Of a DNA stretch of 64,000 nt, positions 60,927 through 64,000 are shown piece after piece. The notes under the pieces are model-generated. The model had not been told where the DNA came from. It made no database searches and saw nothing but the letters and a program-made list of their open reading frames with translations. Made by a program: the position numbers and the translations under genes. The DNA comes from a virus, in the IMG/VR virus record IMGVR_UViG_3300032236_001530, positions 64,001 to 128,000 of that record; one strand, written 5' to 3'. Positions within the stretch are counted from its first letter, which is position 1. The number at the start of each line of letters is the position of its first letter.

Positions 60927-61340
60927 TCAATCATCACTTTTTCTAACCTCAATTTTCCAAGCTCCTCCTGATTTTACAACTCTATTGTCATTATATTCTG
61001 TTAATTGTAAATATGGTGCTGTCGGTTTGTAATTATTTATAACTTTCTCTCTAATAGCTTGATATAATATGTCTATGCCAATTCCATCAGCTTGGTAAAT
61101 ACATATGTAATTATTATCTATATCTTCCCAGTCAAAATCAGAATATTCTGTGTTATTGATAACTGATTTTATTTTATTATCTCTATTATATTTTTGTACT
61201 TCTTTTATCCAACTATCCATAAAACAATAAATGAACCCATCGGATCCATCTTTACTATGTTTAATTAAAATATCAAAGTCAACACCGTCGTAAAAACGAA
61301 TGCTTACTCCTTTTTGTTCTACTTCCTCAATCAAGGTCAT
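60927..61340 (-). CDS. Hypothetical protein
   Basis: Internal RDNKIKSVI; start approximate. Confidence 0.5.
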   Translation of the reverse strand: MTLIEEVEQKGVSIRFYDGVDFDILIKHSKDGSDGFIYCFMDSWIKEVQKYNRDNKIKSVINNTEYSDFDWEDIDNNYICIYQADGIGIDILYQAIREKVINNYKPTAPYLQLTEYNDNRVVKSGGAWKIEVRKSDD

Positions 61341-61557
61341 CAAATATATCATCAATTTTTTTGTCTCTTACTTCAGACTTATGCAATTCTATGACTTTTT
61401 TATGAAAAAGTTCATCATTTTCAAATCTGTACTTGAAGTCTTCAAATGAACTACTGCTCATTTTTAATAATGCAAGAGATCCTTTTGATATTTTACTCTC
61501 ATTTAATCTATCATTTAAGTAGTCTATGTAATAAGGATATATTTCATCATTTTTCAT
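61327..61557 (-). CDS. Hypothetical protein
   Basis: C-terminal RDKKIDDIF. Confidence 0.55.
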   Translation of the reverse strand: MKNDEIYPYYIDYLNDRLNESKISKGSLALLKMSSSSFEDFKYRFENDELFHKKVIELHKSEVRDKKIDDIFDDLD

Positions 61558-61589
61558 AATTTATATATCTACTTTTAATATATACCATT

Positions 61590-62369
61590 ATGATTAAAAA
61601 ATACTCAAGTTATATTAATGAATCTGATGACCAAAGAGTTTATTTAGATGACAACCAAAAAGGCCCAGGCTTTTATACCAATAAATATGGTCCTAATTCT
61701 ATTGCTAATTTGAATCAGAAGATTTATAACTATATTCATCAAGTATATGGTCCTTTAGGATTTTCTTATCCTCGTAAAGGTACTGTAGCTAATTATGATG
61801 TAACTGTAAATGGTGAGTTAATAAGTGGTGAGTATATATCTAAAATGGTTAATAACTACACTATATTCAAAACATTTATTAGAGAGAATAAAATCAAAGA
61901 TGAAAATACATTTTATACCCTTTTAGAATCTAAATTTGATGATGTTTATCACTATAATGGTAGTTTCTTCAAAAGACAGACTTTACCTATTTTAATAAAC
62001 ACAACTAGAAAAGGAAATAGTAACGAAATTAGATGTAAACAGAAATTTATTGAATTTGCTAATACAAAAAATCTAAATATAGTTATAACAGATCCTACGG
62101 TTGCTGAAGATGTTGATGGTGTAGATGCTAAGTTTGTACACAATGGTAGAACATTCACTATTCAAATCAAACCATTTAGTGAGTACAAAACTATAGGTGA
62201 TAAATTATACGCTAAGTCAGCTGGTTCTTTATCAGTTGGTTCTGTTAATTATTTAATGCTTTATTCAGCTACTGAATATTTAATAATTAAAAATGTATCT
62301 ACAGACCCAATAAAAATAAAAGGTGATGTTTTCATCGCCTCTTTATCAAGTGTTATTTATAAAGATTAA
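61590..62369 (+). CDS. Hypothetical protein with an MIKKYSSYINE leader; possible PD-(D/E)xK fold
   Basis: G...E, ED..GVD......TIQIKP. Confidence 0.55.
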   Translation: MIKKYSSYINESDDQRVYLDDNQKGPGFYTNKYGPNSIANLNQKIYNYIHQVYGPLGFSYPRKGTVANYDVTVNGELISGEYISKMVNNYTIFKTFIRENKIKDENTFYTLLESKFDDVYHYNGSFFKRQTLPILINTTRKGNSNEIRCKQKFIEFANTKNLNIVITDPTVAEDVDGVDAKFVHNGRTFTIQIKPFSEYKTIGDKLYAKSAGSLSVGSVNYLMLYSATEYLIIKNVSTDPIKIKGDVFIASLSSVIYKD

Positions 62370-63802
62370 AAACCACCTTTCCCACCCATACCTGAGAAAA
62401 TATCCATCACAACACTCAAACGTTTCGTGATTTCTGGCATTCCCAATGGTTCAATAATTGAGTTAATAGGTGATAAGATTGATTTATCAAACTGCTCGTC
62501 ATAATCTATAAGTGGTGCGAACTCCATAGGATAAGAACCCCTGATATAAGCAAACATATCTGTTACTGATTTATCTTTGCAGCAGTAGTATTTAATTTTA
62601 GTACCTGATTTAATGAATTCATACTTTTGTTGATAATCTTTACTCTTCATTAATAAGTAATTATAGTGAGCCGCTGATTTAACAGCAAAGTGAGCACCGC
62701 TAACAAATTGTAAAGGTAAAGATTTATCATGCAAGACTTTAGTTTCGTAGTTAGAAACAGAAGACTGCATACAAATATCATCAATATCCGCTAATTCAAA
62801 CTCTTTTCTTAATCCTTTAACCAACTTTAACAAGTCTTTAATGTTGAATGTATCTGGATGAGAGAATAGATATTTTACAATACTTACAATTTTATCACGA
62901 GCAAATGCTGGTGTTGATGAACGAACTAGTTCTACACCTTTAGGGAATATATAACCAAGTCTTTCAAATGGAATACCATCTTCAAATAAGATATGTTGAA
63001 TGTATTTCTTTTTAGCAATTGATATAATTGATTCTGATATTCTTTCTAATTCAAAATCTTCTTTATTATCAACTCCAAAAGAAGCAGCATAATCTTCAAG
63101 ACATTTCTTAAAGTAACCACCGTATCTAAAATGGTCAAGACCATGAATAAAGTCAAGTTCACAAGACCAATTCCATCTTATCTCTCCAGTGAATGCACCG
63201 GAAGAAATCATTTTATTTAATTCTCTATCTTTAACAAAGTATCCATCTATTAGAACCACTTCATAATCTAATTTAATCAATTCTTTTAACTCATCAATAT
63301 TATGAGCTTGACTAACAAAATTAGTATTATTGACTTTTATTTCTTCTTTGGAAAGAATAATAAATTTCTTGTCAAATGATTCTAAATAATATTTATTAAA
63401 AATAAGATTTTTCCAATCACAATGGTCAATAGCTGGTTTAAAAGAAACAAATAACGAGTCAGTATCAGCATAGATACTAACATGTTCTTCTTTTGGTATA
63501 GGTGTTACGTTTTTAATTCCTACATTAGAATGTAGTTCAAAGTCATCTTGCCATTGTTTATACCAATAGTCTTCGTTAACTTTATCCATTGTTTTGGTAA
63601 GGTCACGACCTTGAGCCGTAATTGTACCAGCAACGTGATTATTATATAATATGAAATATGAGGTAGCGAATGCACCATAAGAACCATTAAGTACTAATTT
63701 TAACGCAAGTTGTAGTGCGTTATAATAATCAACTTCCTTTTTAATATCAGAAGCTTTCTTTTTAAGTAATTCAATCTTTTTTAATTTCTCCTCTTTTGTC
63801 AT
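62366..63802 (-). CDS. Family B DNA polymerase, C-terminal subunit only (gp43B-like)
   Basis: Motif B QLALKLVLNGSYG, motif C YADTDS, KKKY, KGVE.VRSSTP; no exonuclease domain or motif A. Confidence 0.88.
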   Translation of the reverse strand: MTKEEKLKKIELLKKKASDIKKEVDYYNALQLALKLVLNGSYGAFATSYFILYNNHVAGTITAQGRDLTKTMDKVNEDYWYKQWQDDFELHSNVGIKNVTPIPKEEHVSIYADTDSLFVSFKPAIDHCDWKNLIFNKYYLESFDKKFIILSKEEIKVNNTNFVSQAHNIDELKELIKLDYEVVLIDGYFVKDRELNKMISSGAFTGEIRWNWSCELDFIHGLDHFRYGGYFKKCLEDYAASFGVDNKEDFELERISESIISIAKKKYIQHILFEDGIPFERLGYIFPKGVELVRSSTPAFARDKIVSIVKYLFSHPDTFNIKDLLKLVKGLRKEFELADIDDICMQSSVSNYETKVLHDKSLPLQFVSGAHFAVKSAAHYNYLLMKSKDYQQKYEFIKSGTKIKYYCCKDKSVTDMFAYIRGSYPMEFAPLIDYDEQFDKSILSPINSIIEPLGMPEITKRLSVVMDIFSGMGGKGGF

Positions 63803-63843
63803 AGTAGAGATTATATTAAAAAAAATTAATAAAGTTTGTAGGA

Positions 63844-63999
63844 TTATTTCTTAGAAAAAGGCTTCAACATCATGAGCCATCTACCATTTTCTAACTTTGG
63901 AAGTGATTCTGGAACACCACAAGCATCAACACCTGCGGCATATTTTAACATAACTAACTCGCCTCTTTCGGGTGAGGCTTTCTGTCTACCTTTAAGTTG
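63844..63999 (-). CDS. infC: Translation initiation factor IF3, C-terminal end (5' truncated by the window edge)
   Basis: Manual translation QLKGRQKASPERGELVMLKYAAGVDACGVPESLPKLENGRWLMMLKPFSKK matches the IF3-C pattern (+GR....E.G...L..F.......E..PKLE...M.L.P). Confidence 0.7.
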   Translation of the reverse strand, partial: QLKGRQKASPERGELVMLKYAAGVDACGVPESLPKLENGRWLMMLKPFSKK

Positions 64000-64000
64000 T

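Noticed and set aside
63150-63460. Intein in the DNA polymerase
   Set aside because: No C-terminal HN-C/S/T junction or LAGLIDADG blocks, and the segment is too short.

Overview
AT-rich (roughly 70% AT by eye), gene-dense segment of a large T4-like (myovirus-type) jumbo phage. The host is most likely a Bacteroidota species, based on TTTG-N19/20-TAnnTTTG promoters, a T9SS C-terminal sorting domain and SD-less A-rich start regions. Core phage genes: UvsW helicase, gp61-type primase, the C-terminal half of a split family-B DNA polymerase, and a baseplate module (gp53-like, gp5-like, GH24 lysozyme, CHAP-like amidase). Host-like genes: purA, rpiB, clpP, FKBP PPIase, a partial infC, a two-component system and an aaRS-II catalytic-domain paralog. 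Main discovery (7.5-9.7 kb, minus strand) is an operon invisible to standard ORF calling. A host-type promoter drives a leader peptide MM*ISTYKFLERPP, whose last codons form the 5' arm of a terminator-like stem. It is followed by a Pth2-type peptidyl-tRNA hydrolase (MKN*ITE...) and an HD-domain protein (ML*ITK...). All three have an in-frame TAG at codon 3-4 in the identical context TAG-ATT-A, although TAG is an ordinary stop elsewhere in the window. This points to an amber-readthrough- or AUU-reinitiation-gated translation quality-control operon. Other signals: a promoter-to-terminator structured ncRNA candidate (11.8-12.05 kb), a T4 capsid-targeting-like N-terminal motif on about 15 proteins, a shared C-terminal RxxK[IL]xx[ILV] motif on about 14 small proteins, and three recurrent promoter-like motifs. 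All calls come from reading the sequence and from motif recognition; no searches were run.
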